The position numbers and the translations under genes were made by a program. Shown here piece after piece: positions 51,380-64,000 of a stretch of DNA of 64,000 nt (its first letter is position 1; each line of letters opens with the position of its first letter). The stretch comes from Selaginella moellendorffii. Lineage: Eukaryota > Plantae > Lycopodiophyta. The DNA lies in the NCBI RefSeq assembly GCF_000143415.4, contig NW_003314378.1, positions 74,110 through 138,109 on the forward strand, given 5' to 3'. A model generated the notes under the pieces. It ran no database searches. It saw nothing but the letters and a program-made list of their open reading frames with translations, and was not told the origin of the DNA.

Positions 51380-52555
51380 TGTAAGCCACAAACTTTTCCA
51401 TTCCAATTTGCCAGCTTACCTCGTTTACATGTCCAACACTGCCTTAGCGTTTGCTAAGTTCCCTCGCCAAGGTTCCCACCTATGGTACCAGCTCCTACTT
51501 GGTCCTACTTGGTTTCAGCTACTCATTGCACGAGCAACGGAGCGTTAGCCATCCATCCACGGATTCCCAAATCACTCCCAATCCCCCTCCCTGGGTTAGA
51601 CTGGACTTAAGGTTCGGCTACACTCCCCGCAATCACAAGCAGCCAAGCACACCAAGCTTCCAGGTTCCTAACATCCCTTGGTACCACAAGACTTGATCAT
51701 GGGACCTTCTAAATCCCAAGTCTTGAGTGTAACACTTGCTAAACACCGTGGCCTAGCGGCCCGGTATGGGTACCTCTACCCCCCCACTTCCATCCCGAAG
51801 GGAAGGTCCAAGCCCCTAGGAAGGGCGAGGACCAATGTGCCACATGGTACTCAAGTGGGGCACCACTCCATATGAGCCAGAAGCACCGCAGTCGGTTTCC
51901 CTTTCGGGAGTGGGAGCTGCTCTTGAGCACTTCCTTGGATGGCCCCTCCGGCACCAACCGAGTCCATGCTCACTCCCACCCATGGCCCCTCGGTCCCAAT
52001 CTCAACCTCAAGTCAGTTTGGAAGCCCCACTAGAGAATTCCTTCAAAACTGGTTCCTAGACCTCACTATCCTTACTATACTTTTGGAACCCCCTGCAGCC
52101 CCCCCCCCCCCCCCCCCCTGGGAGACACACGCTTTGGGCTTTCACCCCTTGACCTATATTAGTACTTGGACTCAGTCTCTGGCTCGATCTCGGACTCGAT
52201 CTCAGATCCGACTTCGGATTCAGTCTCGGACTCGATCTCGGACCCGATCTCAGACTCGATCTCGGACCCGATCTCGGACTCGACCTTGGACTTGACCTCG
52301 GACTTGGTCTCGGACCCGATTTCGGATCTCGGACTCTGTCTCGAACTCGGTCTTGAACTCGGTCTCCGAGTCGGCCTTGGACTCGATTCCGGACTCTATC
52401 TCGAACTTGGTTCCGGACTCTATCTCGAACTCGGTCTCAGAGTCGGTCTTAGACTCGATCTCAGACTCGGTCCCATTCGATGAACTCTTTATCATTTTGG
52501 TCATGCTTTTGGGGATCCTTTAGCCTACGACACCTCGGCGAGTTGGTTCCTTACA
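51380..52555. mobile_element. Second copy of the same solo LTR (1176 bp) inserted into the first
   Basis: TGTAAGCCAC...CCTTACA termini, TSD ACTAG/ACTGG (1 mismatch). Confidence 0.8.
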
Positions 52556-54652
52556 ACTGGTTCCTTGACCTCACTATCCCTACTATACTTTTGGAACCCC
52601 CTGTAGCAGCCCCCCCCGGAGACACCCCCCGACCGACCTGTATTAATACTCGGACTCGGTCTCGGACTTAATCTCGGACTCGATCTTGGACTCGACCTCA
52701 GACTTGGTCTTGAACTCGATATCGGACTCGACCTTGGACCCGATCTTGGACTCGACTTCGGACTTGACCTCGGACTTAGTCTCGGACCCGATCTTGGATC
52801 TCGGACTTTATCTCGAACTCGGTCTTGGAGTCAGCCTTGGGCCTAATCCTAGACTCTATCTCGAACTCGGTCTTAGAGTCGGTCTTGGACTCGATCTCAG
52901 ACTTGGTCCCATCCGATGAACTCTTTATCATTTCAATCATGCTTTCGGGGATCCTTTAGCCTACGACACCTCGGGGAGTTGGTTCTTTACAATTGTGAGA
53001 GAGACTCCTTAAAGAAGTCATATGTATGGTTATGTGATTAAAGTAGAATAGAAAAGTTTATCCTTTATAACATGTTTGGATTAAAAGTTTTGACTCAAAC
53101 AGTTGAGAATAGAAGTGGAACTTCCAAAGAAGCATTTAAGGGACGAGCATGAAAATATCAAAGAATGAGTATAAAGTGATTGATAAACAAATCTTTAGAA
53201 AGAGACAAAAGAATGATTAATACGTGGCAAGTGTTATGACATATGGAAGTGTTGAGACTGAAGTCCTAAAACCTAAAAGCTCAAAGTGGAATGATGTTGG
53301 AATCAATTTACCCCATCAAGAAACTAAATGTTTGAAGTGTCAAATATAGAGATATCTAGGGCTTGATATATCCAAGGTTGGATATATCAAGTTTCTATGG
53401 GATATTAAAGGGAGGATTTTAGAGGAATTAATATGACTAAGGAAGGCTGTATTTATAATATAAATACAAGGGAATTTAAGGTTAAAGTGAATATGAATGG
53501 ACAAATAAAATAACTTAATTAAGTGTTTAAGAGTTGACTCTTGCTCCTTTAGAAAATTGAATAATCAATGCTCCCAATCTAAATATATGTGACACTACTT
53601 ATTTAGATACTTTGACTCAAGAAAACCTCACTTTAGCCATGTGGCTAATATTATTAAGACTTAGTAGATGGGCATTTATGACTTGACCTAGTAGCAATAT
53701 TCACAAGCATTTAATGGGGATTAAAAAAGGGATATTGAAAGGATAATATTCCTCTATATCTTAAATCATTTTAAGATGCTATAGAATAACCACTTGCAGA
53801 GGTATAGGTAGTCTTGGATTACCAATGAAACAAGTGAAATTGACATGACTTAGCATAAGATGTTAATATGTTAGTGGTACTTTTTGGGTGTTTGATATGA
53901 AACTTGGATATATAGAGCACTTGGAAATAGTCAATTAGTGACTAAAGTAAAATGGAAAATTTAGTTTTTTATAAAAAGTTATGTTCTTTATTAACTCACT
54001 TGGAATACATAAGTTAAACATTTTTGAGTTTGAATAATATATTGGGATCTCAATAAAATTAAAGAGTTTATATTTGATTAAGAGAGCAAAGTTCTTAGAA
54101 GAGCTACAACTTTTAATGGAGAGTTGCAAATTTTATTGTTCATTTATACCCTTTATTCATGAGGTTTCATCACCCAAATCTTAATTTTTATTCACACCCT
54201 CTGTTCACCAGGTTTCATTCATGCCCTCCATTCATGGAGGCATGAACTTATAGCCCCTTAAACAAAATATATAAGAGACTAAGAAGCCACTGAATTGAAT
54301 TAATCAACATTTAATAATGGTCACCTTTAGGTTTACTAGTACCGCACTAAAGGGCTTAAAGTCAAGCATGTGTTCGGTGATCAAAGACTTTTGTTGCACT
54401 TGGTTCCGAAGTGGTTATTGTAAATGATAATAGTGATTTCTTTTGCAAGGAAATGGCTTTTCCTTGTAATGAATTGAATGTATATAAAATTTTATCAGAA
54501 TTCTAGTGATCTCACAGCTAAGATAACTTTATTATACCATTTTTCTCCAAGCTAAATGAATGGAGCCATCACAATAGTCTTTACTTTTGTTTTCAATTGA
54601 CCTTTTTCTAAATGTTTTTGGAGTTGAAAAAAGAATCGTCTGGTTTCTTCCT

Positions 54653-55458
54653 TCATAGCCAGTCGGGATGATTTGGAGGAATGGTCACTGAGTTAGCGTC
54701 GAACATCTCAATGAACTGCATCAAGAGATTTGTTGCACCTAGACAATGGAAAGCTTGAAGACACAATTTAGAGGCTTGGTACCTGTTCATTAAGGATCCG
54801 TACTTTGCTGGTTGTGTACCTGCGGTGCTCTTCAAATATCGACGTCAAGTTCCATCTCTGGAGCTTTCTAAGACAGCCTATTACAGTTCCTACCAGGCGA
54901 AAGACTGTTAATCTCATCGGTTACTCGAGAAAGAGATCGCGTAGTCATACCGGTGGTGTTGCGTCCCTGCTTGCACATAACATGCAAAGGATAATTCTCC
55001 GGACGCAGTATCACCTAGAAAAAACAGAGAGAGCAGGATGACGAAAGTGTAACGAAGGAAAAAGGAACAAACGAAATTTTAAAGTACTGAAACTGACCTC
55101 CAATGCAGACAGTACCTGAGCTTCGGACAGCGATCCCGTCGTTTCAGCCGCTGTCGTGCTGCTGCTTTGATGAGTCCTTCGAAAATGTATGCCTTGTTCG
55201 TCGAGAAAGCTCAAGCTACAGAGGAAGAAAGAATGAAACGAACGAGTGTTAATGCAGCAAAAACAAAAAATCGCTTTTGTCCTATCGCACACAAACCACT
55301 CACAATTGCTGCGATGGTTCGTCCTGTGAGAGATAGAGCACAGTGCGCAAGTTGAGGCGCTCTAGAAAAGGAAAATTGAGCTGATGAACAACACCTGATC
55401 TTGTGAGATCGTACTCCACCATGCCATAGTTGAGAGGAGGAACAAAGTAGCTGCTCAT
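54653..55458 (-). CDS. SIW14/OCA-family (PFA-DSP-like) atypical phosphatase, 168 aa, 5 exons
   Basis: Exons 55458-55304, 55215-55098, 55014-54951, 54889-54783, 54715-54653. [67 protein letters not shown]. Confidence 0.85.
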
Positions 55459-55698
55459 GTCACTCGCGGAGGAGACACTGAAGAGAGGCTCTCAGCACTC
55501 GAGAACACGGCTACGGATCATCGCCTGCAAATCTGAGCGGCAAGACGAACGAGAAATGAACAGGAGAAGATGAAGAGGGAAAAAAATAAGAGAAAAGAAG
55601 TGCAGTAGTGGATATTCCAGAAAGGATATGCGAAGATACTCTCAATCACACACGCTCATCGCTTGGCGATTCTGTTCGCCATCGCACATCTGGTCTGT

Positions 55699-57812
55699 TC
55701 AGTTCATCCACAGCTTGAGCACTCGATCCCTTCCACCCGATGCGACTTTTTGGCCGTCGGGGCTCCAATCCACGGCGAAAACCTGCACAGGAATGTTTTG
55801 CTAGTAAGCATCCCTTGCGGCTTTGAAGAGATACCTCGTCGGCATGACCCGGAAGATCCTCCAGAAGTTTATGGTTTCTCATGTTCCACACCTGTTTCCG
55901 AAATGGTGAGGATATGAGAGTGAAAAAAGAATGCCAACCTTCAACGTAGAATCCTTGCTTCCACTTAGTAAAAGCCGGCTATCAGCCGACCAACTGATTC
56001 ACCTCGTTCAAAACGAAACCACCACATAAGAAGATCGACAAGGAAGACGAAAAACAAAGAGAGACCTTATCTGATAAACCGGACCGACATGTCCGCGGAA
56101 AGTTGTGACGTACTCTCCGGTGTATCCATTCCAAAGCTTGACGGACTTATCAAAGGATGCACTGGCAATCCACCGGCCATCAGGCGAGAAGTAGACGTGA
56201 TTGACAAGCTGAAAACATGGAGCAGCATTACAAGCAGGACGCCAATGATCAGAACGTTACCTGTTGATGGCCAGACATACGCGTCTTTGGATGCTTGCCA
56301 GTTGCAGGTTCCCATAGGTACATTGTAAAATCGTCCGAGCCTGAAACGAGCCTTTCTTGGGAATCACCTTTGGCGACTTTGTATCTTTTAAACGCGGCCT
56401 ATGAAACCACCGTGAGAAACAGATAGAAGAGTGCCGCAGTAAGTGTTACCTCTTTGATCTCTTCGTCTGTTGCAAATGCTCTTCCTGTGTGATCGAATGG
56501 TCCAGTCCTTAGAACATACTCCGTGCTTAATGCTAATGTGTTAACCCAGTGAGCATGACCCTGTCAATGTCACAGTAAGAGATCACAAGCAGGGCATTCC
56601 TCCAACTTAAGCACCTCGCAAGAGTTTAACCTTTAATTCTCTGACGAGTTTTCCTTGAGTTGTCTCCCAGACCTTGATTGTACAGTCCTGTGAGCTGAAG
56701 GCCATTCGATAAGAACATAAGAAAAAGTAATATACATCAAAGTGACATACGCACCTTGAGTAAATCAATCCATCGCCTCCCCATTTTACGCAAGTCACAG
56801 CCCGTGTATGTCCCGAGAGGCAAAGAACAGATTTCCTTAAGGAAGAATCCCAAACACGAACATCTCCATCTTTGCTTGCACTAGCGAAGCGACGGCAAGG
56901 GGATTGTATGTGAGCTGGTTCCCAAGTCAGCGCTGTAATCCAGCTCTTGTGCCCCTGAATGAGAAAAAAAGAAGAGAAATATTTCATTTAAACTAGCATC
57001 ACAATACGATTCTTACACTGAGCGAATTTCCCAATGCTTTTCCAGTAAACGGATCCCAGACATGGATGCCACCATCTTTGCTCGCACTAACAAGTTTTCT
57101 GCCATCGGGAGACCACGCAATGCAAAGAACCCAGTTCTTATGACCTGAAAGGAAGAGACTGTGAAGGAGAACCAAGCAAGTAAGAAGCATCTTGCCTTTG
57201 CATGTATGAAGAGGTGTTTGAGTAGAAATGTCCCAGAAACGAACAGATGCATCTCCGGAACCACTGGCAAGATGCTTGCTATCAGGGCTGAATGACACGG
57301 ACAAAACTGCCTCGCTGTGGCCTGGAAAAACTCAATGGTTCTACTAAGTTTGATTCGAAAGAAATAACACCTCGCACCTGAGATGGTCGCTGAGCAACGC
57401 GTAACCGGACGGATCCGGAAGATGGCTTGCGGGTGGTAAACTATCTGCAGATCCTTCTCCACAGATACTGAATCCCAAAAGAAAATGGAGCGTTGCTTCT
57501 TGAAACTATTTCGATTTTAGATAGAGAGCACCTTTGTTTCGAAGTACGTGTTCTCCGAGCTGTCCAACGAGCTCGAGATCGTTAATATAAAAGGCGTATG
57601 GGAGCGGCTCTTCCTAGACAAACGAAAACGAATAAGAATTACACGAAGGAAGCGAAAGAAAGAAAGAATGCGTCGCTCACATTGTGGAGAACAGTGTTGA
57701 TGAGCGTCTGGAGCTCCTTCGGCGTGAGATTCTGTGGCACATCCAAGCGCTCGAGCGCCTTGCCATCGGCATTCACGAACACGCAGATGATGTTATTCAC
57801 TGGAGCCTCCAT
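55699..57812 (-). CDS. NLE1: Notchless homolog (NLE domain + WD40; 60S ribosome assembly), multi-exon
   Basis: LQIVYHPQAIFRIRPVTRCSATISG, GHKNWVLCIAWSPDG, ITALTWEP.H, DLPGHADEV, C-terminus LKLWMN. Confidence 0.95.
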
Positions 57813-57835
57813 CGAAGAACCCTAAATCTCTGCTT

Positions 57836-57844
57836 AAACCCTAA
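57836..57844. promoter_or_regulatory. Telo-box AAACCCTAA upstream of Notchless
   Basis: Exact motif, plus a near copy at about 57817-57825. Typical of plant ribosome-biogenesis genes. Confidence 0.55.
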
Positions 57845-58051
57845 AACATTTAGCTTGTTGGACGATCGCAATGCGGCGCTCGGCGGAAGCGATCCTTCTT
57901 CTTGGAGGATCGTCCATCGATTCTGTGGCAGCGCTGCTTCCATCAGATGGATTGGTCGATCGGCGATTCCTTACTTATCAGGTAAAGAAATTCCAAAATC
58001 TCCTCGTTTTATTTTTCCCTTCCATCTTGGCTAAGGTGCGTTTGAGCGGCG

Positions 58052-59559
58052 ATGGCGCTCTCTCTCCAATTCGCGGTCTCCACGCCCCGGCAAGCGTCGC
58101 TGGAGATTTCAAAGCTAACTCCCGGCTACATTGCGTCGTCCTTGTCCTTGCGATCTCCTTCCGCTTCTTCGCTCCATTCTCTCGGCACAAGCAGCGGCAT
58201 TGCCGGGGCCGTGAAGAAGAGCTCCAGAAGATGGAGAGCAGCGAAGACGGTGGCGATGGCGGCAGCCGCTAACGAGGTGTCGAATCGCAAGGTACTGATT
58301 GTCAACACCAATTCCGGTGGACACGCCGTGATTGGCTTCTGGCTCGCCAAAGATCTCGTCGCTGCTGGCCACGAAGTTACTGTCATGACTGTCGGTGAGG
58401 AGAGCTCGGATAAGATGAAGAAGCCACCATTCTCGCGGTTCTCGGTATGTTCTTGACTATCTCTCTTTTATATTCGTTCTTCCTCTTTCTTTTCTTCTTT
58501 GCAGGAACTGCGAGATCTTGGAGTATCAACAGTGTGGGGCGATCCGAAAGACGTTGGAGCAGCCGTGGGTGGCAAATCGTTCCATGCCGTTCTAGACAAC
58601 AATGGAAAAGATTTGGATGCTGTGAAGTATGTGATCATCTTTCTCGTCTTAGAGGATGAAGTTGGCTGGTTTTTTTGCAGGCCTGTTGTGGACTGGGCGA
58701 AATCCCAAGGTGTGGAGCAATTCTTGTTCATCAGTAGCGCAGGAATCTACAAAACTAGTGACGAGCCTCCGCACGTCGAAGGGGTAAGCAACCTCCACTT
58801 TCTCTCTTTTTTTTCTCGCTTCTCAGCTCAAGCGAATTGCTGCAAACAGGATCCTGTGAAAGTGGACGCAGGCCACGTCGGTGTGGAGGACTACATTTCA
58901 AAGTCGGCTTTCAAGTTTTGGTCCTCGTTTAGACCACAGTACATGACTGGCTCCGGGAACAACAAGGACTGCGAGGAATGGTTTTTCGACAGTAAGTTTT
59001 TCCTCCTTCCTTTCGTGTTTCAAGGGATCATGAAAACGTTTTGGACAGGAATCGTTAGAGACAAGCCCGTCCCAATACCTTCTCCGGGGATCCAAGTGAC
59101 AAACATTGCTCATGTATCCGACTTATCGAGCATGATAACACTGGCGATTGGGAAACCGAGCGCGTCCAACGCTACCATCTTCAATGCTGTGAGCGACCGC
59201 GCTGTTACTTTCGATGGTCTCGTCCGGTTGTGCGCCAGAGCTGCGGCGAAAGAAGCGAAGATTGTCCACTACGACGCCAAAGCTCTGGGAATCGATGCTA
59301 AGAAGGCATTTCCTTTCCGAAACATGGTATGCCCAACCTTTGATTATTTTGGTTTTCATATTTTCCTTTCGTTGTTTCCGCTGCTGTATAGCATTTCTAC
59401 GCGGAACCAAGAGCAGCAAAGGAGAAGCTCGGGTGGACGAGCTCGACAAATCTCTCAGAAGCATTGAAGGAGAGGTACGAGGAGTACATCAAAATTGGGA
59501 GAGACAAGAAGGATATCAAGTTTGAGATCGATGATACCATTCTGAGCAAAGTTGGATAA
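58052..59559 (+). CDS. CSP41A: Chloroplast stem-loop binding protein 41 kDa a, multi-exon
   Basis: Transit peptide, then [57 protein letters not shown]. Stop at 59557-59559. Confidence 0.95.
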
Positions 59560-59791
59560 ACATTGCTTTGCCAAATGAGGTTCTTCCACACGACGTGGTC
59601 AGTAGTATCTCGTCTCAGAGAACCAGTAATGTCACTTTCAGATCGAAGGATGTTTGAGCTTCTCGGAGTTTTTTTCCTGCTTGCTTCATCGCTTACTTAA
59701 AGGTCTAAACTACAAAATGAAGGTACGCTATAATCGGGAAAAAGGTTAACATTGGCTATATAAATACGAGGACAATTAGGGTTCGTGAAGC

Positions 59792-60145
59792 TTGATGGAT
59801 CTCGAGACCAGATGTAGGATTTTAGTACACGATCTTCTCAACTTCGAGAGCGAGGAGGCGCAGGCGAGGCTTTGTTTCGATCCAGCTGCGCGATTTTTCC
59901 TCTCTCGGGCTTATTTTGCCCCAGAGGAGGTGGACAAGCTCAGCAAGACGCAGACTAGCGAGGGCAAAACATTGGGCGAGGCGCTGGCAAGGGCAAGGGG
60001 GACTACGAGCTGTGCACGTCACACGACATCGCGCCCATCTTGCAACAGGCGCTCGGCATCCACAGGGATTTCCAAAAGAATCCAGCGTTTAAGAGGGCCT
60101 TGAAGGCATTCAACAAGGACTGGAAGAAGAGAAAACCTTTGTAAA
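59792..60145 (+). pseudogene. Truncated, frameshifted paralog of the 60741-61643 gene
   Basis: DLLNFESEEAQARL...FFLSRAYFAPEEV aligns with DLSSFGSDEEAQERL...YFFTTAYFSEEEI. The CTSHD..P.LQ segment follows after a frameshift. Confidence 0.7.
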
Positions 60146-60194
60146 AACTCCTTTGTGAAAACTGGAAAAGGCTTTGGGTAATGTTTTTCTTCTC

Positions 60195-60375
60195 TTCTGG
60201 ACGATATGGTTTCTGTTTGACAAGATGCCGGGCAGAGATCTCTTATCTTGGAACTCGACGGTTATACCAAAAGGACGTCGAGAAGACGCTTTTGCCCTGG
60301 CAGAAAAATCCCCGGAAAGAATCGCGTTCCAGGAAGCCAGGCTCTGCTCCGGCATGTGATCGAAGAGGATCGGCT
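60195..60375. pseudogene. PPR motif relics on both strands
   Basis: LFDKMPGRDLLSWNS on the plus strand and LFDHMPEQSLASWNAILS on the minus strand. Confidence 0.5.
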
Positions 60376-60740
60376 CTCTGCGAATACGCATCGATCATCG
60401 ATCAACGCGATCCAAGAAACAAGGTTCGTCTCCCGCATGCGACCAAACAGCTAATCTCTCGCGAATTCCAGGTCGCCGCCACAGATTCCAGGGCTTGCGA
60501 GGAACCAAAATTTTCAGACAATCCGACAGCCAGGTGAAAGAAATGCGTTTTGACGATCATTTATGTTGTCTCGTTTGTAGGAGTCATGTCCGCCGTGACA
60601 TTCTTCGTGAACACCTCTGATGGCGAATGAAGGGAGTGTCCAGAAACACCCCGAGACACCTCCCTGGGCGCTCTTGGGTGTAGTCATTGTGATGGAAGCC
60701 GGCTCGAGATGTTAGCTGGGTGGAAGTGTCAAGTGATGAG

Positions 60741-61643
60741 ATGCTGCATCTGGTTTGTGGGACGTGGGCTCGTGACGCCACAGCGTTTTACCTGGTGACC
60801 AGACCCAAAGACGACACATCTCCCAATCGAAAACCAGCCTCATGCTCGAGGAGCACTGTCGAGAAAGTTGCGGCACAATCACCAAAGAAGAAAAGGAGAG
60901 TAGCCGATCCCGGACTGGTTCCCGAGAGAGTCAAGAGGCTGGACGATCTTGTGCCAGCAAACAAGACGGACATATTCACACAAATGGAACTTACGCCAGG
61001 AGATCAGGATGTAGTACTAGTGACGGATGCACAAAGGGATCTCACGCTGGGTCTAGATGGAGAAATGCTACAGGGTTACATCCGATCTCAGCTGGCCAGC
61101 GGCGCAGCATTGGATGAAGTGGAAGTGGACGCAGTGAAGCTGAGCCTTGAAGTCTGGTTCACATACCTAACGAGGAGAAACAAGTTTGCGGACAGGTTCT
61201 CATCAATTTTAGAGGAGATGGCCGGGAACATGAAGCAGTACGAAGAAACCCTGCAGAAACTCCAGGCGGACGAAGATCTCTACATGAGGATGAAGTTCTT
61301 CATCAAAGACTTGTCAAGCTTCGGAAGTGACGAAGAAGCTCAGGAAAGGCTCGAGCACTCTGGCAAGTCACAGTATTTCTTCACGACGGCATATTTCAGC
61401 GAGGAAGAAATTGCGAGGCTGCTGGAGCTTCGGGTGTCAAGCGGGAAAAGCGTGAATGAGCTGCTTGGGGAGCTTGTCAGCGACAAAGGAGAGCTATGTA
61501 CATCTCACGACGTGGCTCCCCTCCTGCAGAAGGTATTTGGAATCAAGAGGGGGTTCCAGGAGGACGCAGGCTTCAAGCACAGATTCAAAGCTTTCAGGAA
61601 GCAGTGGACCAAGAAGAACAGACGTTTCTCGATTTGTAAGTGA
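60741..61643 (+). CDS. Uncharacterised protein (about 300 aa; start and last exon uncertain)
   Basis: Long open frame with coding-like composition, supported by a conserved local paralog. Possible intron at about 61636-61688. Confidence 0.6.
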   Translation: MLHLVCGTWARDATAFYLVTRPKDDTSPNRKPASCSRSTVEKVAAQSPKKKRRVADPGLVPERVKRLDDLVPANKTDIFTQMELTPGDQDVVLVTDAQRDLTLGLDGEMLQGYIRSQLASGAALDEVEVDAVKLSLEVWFTYLTRRNKFADRFSSILEEMAGNMKQYEETLQKLQADEDLYMRMKFFIKDLSSFGSDEEAQERLEHSGKSQYFFTTAYFSEEEIARLLELRVSSGKSVNELLGELVSDKGELCTSHDVAPLLQKVFGIKRGFQEDAGFKHRFKAFRKQWTKKNRRFSICK

Positions 61644-61811
61644 TGTTTCTTTTGGAATCACTGCTTCTCTAACACTTGTTTTCCCAGGACCACATCGGCA
61701 GGACGAACTGCACTAGACTCCAACTGTAAATAGTTTCCACCACAAGGACACGGCAAAGATACGTCGATCATGCATTGGCGAATGGACAAGCTCTCCAAGT
61801 TTTCTAGAATC

Positions 61812-62170
61812 AACCAATGTTGCTCAAAATGGTGTCATCGATCTCAATAATCTTGGACACGCCATATTTCGGGAAAGGAAATGCCTTCCTCCCATCGATG
61901 TCCAGCGCTTTCGCGTCGTACTGGAAGATTCTTCGCTTCTTTTGCCGCAGCTCTGACGCGGAGACTAACAGCATGGTCGCTCACAGCATTGAAGATGGTG
62001 GATACGCTCGGTTTCCCAATCGCGAGCGTCATCATGCTCGGAGATTGGGACGGGCCTGTCTGTGATCCCCTGAAACACGAAAGAAATTAGGGAAAACTTA
62101 CTCTCTAAGAACCATTCCTTCTTGTTCCCTGAGCCGTCCAGCATCAATTCGCTTGAGCTGAGAAGAAAAG
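61812..62170 (-). pseudogene. Inverted, internally deleted fragment of CSP41a
   Basis: [25 protein letters not shown] and the gene's 3' end match about 58945-59557, including intron sequence. Confidence 0.85.
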
Positions 62171-64000
62171 TAAAAGGGGTTTCACACCCACCATTAATTT
62201 ATAATTTTTACATTAGAAGATTTTAACTTAATTTAAAATCATTAGTCATTTTAACACAATGGCGTTTTGTTTGCGCCAATTAAATTATACCTAAGAGCAT
62301 TAGTCTTGATTTAGAGGTGGTGACTAGCACCATAAGAATAAAGATCTCTCAAGAATGTTGAGGATGGGATGGAAAAGAGGATTTCACATGCAAGGAATTA
62401 GAATTTCTTTTGTGTGAGAGGGAGAAATAATAAAATGCTATGGATCACAAAAGAACTTTCATTATGAAAATTTCCAAGAATTGAGTTGTGTGAGAAGGGA
62501 AAATTCAGGGTAATAGGCCCATTTCTTGCCAGACTTAGCAAAAAAGTGTATAAATTCATTTATTTAAATATAATTTTTGTATATAAAGGTACAATATAAA
62601 AGTTTATATGATTTATTGCCTATAAACTAACTTTTAGAAAAAAACACTCACAAAAACTTCATTACCAACAAGTTTACTAAATCTATCCATTTATCACCTT
62701 TTATTTATACTTATAGTTACCTAGAGAATGTTGTTATCCCACGCCACCTTTACTCCTCCTTATGGCAACAAATGGATACATTGATAAACAAAAAAATTGG
62801 CTAGGCCTAAAGACATTAGAGTAGAAATAACTAAATTTATCACCTTTGATTAAAGATTCCAAAACCTCATTCATTTATTTATTTATTTTTCCATTACTTC
62901 CTTTCTTTTTCCCTTGGTTTTTTCAAGGCTTTCAATTTTTTTTTCTCTACTGCTTTAGGTCTTGGTTGTTACTTCTTCCCTCTCCCTTTTTTTAATGGCT
63001 ACTATTTCTTTATTTTTTATTACAACTTCTTCTCTTTCCCTTTTCTTTGCAACCCTTCTTATTGCTTCCAATTTTTTTTGTTTCTCATGTGCTTCTTTTG
63101 CAATATCAATTGTTTCAACAACACTTGTGAATTTTAGACTTGTTAAAATAGTTCTAGCACTAACTTTCAACACTGGTCTAAGTCAAAAACAACTTTGTAC
63201 CTTTGAAAATAATTTTACATGCAAGTATGCCATCTTGTTGTTTTTTTATTGCTATCCAGGCACATACACATGTTGCTCGTGTTGCTTGTGTTGCTCAACT
63301 TGATGCTCTAGCAAAACTCCTATGAAACAAAGCCATAGCTGAATGAGAATTAAAAAGTGTTTTTTACCTAATTACCCAAGCTATCTAAGAAGTTTAGAAT
63401 GCTTGAGCTAATTAAAATGTTACTTAGGCTACCATCAATGCTGTAGATGAACCTCAAGCTACAAACACTTTCACTACTTCTTTTAGCTAATTGAAAGTGA
63501 GTGGATAATTGATTTTAACTCAAGCTTTCACCAAAGATGCTTGATAATGTAAAAATGGTGGAGGATTTCTAAAAGAAAAACTATTTAAGAATTTAATATA
63601 CCTCGGATGACTTTGCAAGATCTATTAAGGGGATGTAGCACAGGATGACCATATTTTTTTATTGATTCTTCATTCTAAATTCTAATCACATGCTTCTGGC
63701 TACGTGCTTTGGTTAGAAGTTGACTTCCAAAACATAGAAAAATAATAGAGAAGTTAGACATTTCTTTCTCTTTCAGCTTAATAGTCTTTTACTTTTGTAA
63801 TGCCAGAACTTTGGCTTTTGTGCACACTTTCAGGGACAAAAACTACTAGACTTCTTTGCACTATGGGCTAAAAACAAGTGTAGTTAAAAAATTTAAAAAG
63901 TTATTTCTAGCTGCAAAGACAGCTTAGAATAGGATAGCTTCTGGGAGCTGTGAGTGTTTGTGCACAAACTCTTGAAAGTTGTGTTTTTTGCCCTGTAATA

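Larger units (their letters stand above)
50002..52991. mobile_element. Solo-LTR-like element containing nested insertions
   Basis: TGTAAGCCAC...TTTACA termini, TSD ATTGT on both sides, 12-bp CTCGGACCCGAT-type internal repeats. Confidence 0.8.

Noticed and set aside
52166-52919. DSISD/RSRT repeat ORFs
   Set aside because: Translations of 12-bp tandem repeats inside an LTR.
62955-64000. K/E-rich ORF fragment at the window end
   Set aside because: Looks like decayed TE coding sequence, but I cannot assign a family or boundaries.

Overview
Plant genomic DNA: very short GT-AG introns (about 45-65 bp), PPR relics and chloroplast CSP41a suggest a Selaginella-like lycophyte, though this is inferred. 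There are three 100-N gaps. Most of the window is nested transposable elements. A Ty3/gypsy chromovirus (26035-45185, minus strand, 349-bp LTRs, TSD CCACC) has a self-complementary, tRNA-independent PBS. Its gag zinc knuckle is split by a 13.4-kb DNA transposon (30468-43895, 24-bp TIRs, TSD TAGA). That transposon encodes a Sola-like DDD transposase and, divergently, a 17-exon cargo protein of about 1,776 aa (ParB-like, degenerate DNA-methyltransferase-like fold, acidic linker, FCP1-type HAD phosphatase). It also carries about 30 copies of a 22-bp palindrome (ATGGCRTG-N6-CAYGCCAT), seen only inside the element and mostly in its introns. This is the best candidate for an undescribed system. Also present: 5S-rRNA-bearing Cassandra TRIMs, a Crinkler-like NTPase+REase gene, LINE, MULE and gypsy relics, and host genes (SMI1/KNR4-like, secreted PLAT protein, OCA/SIW14-like phosphatase, Notchless, CSP41a, an unknown protein). 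All domain calls are from motif recognition by eye, not database searches.
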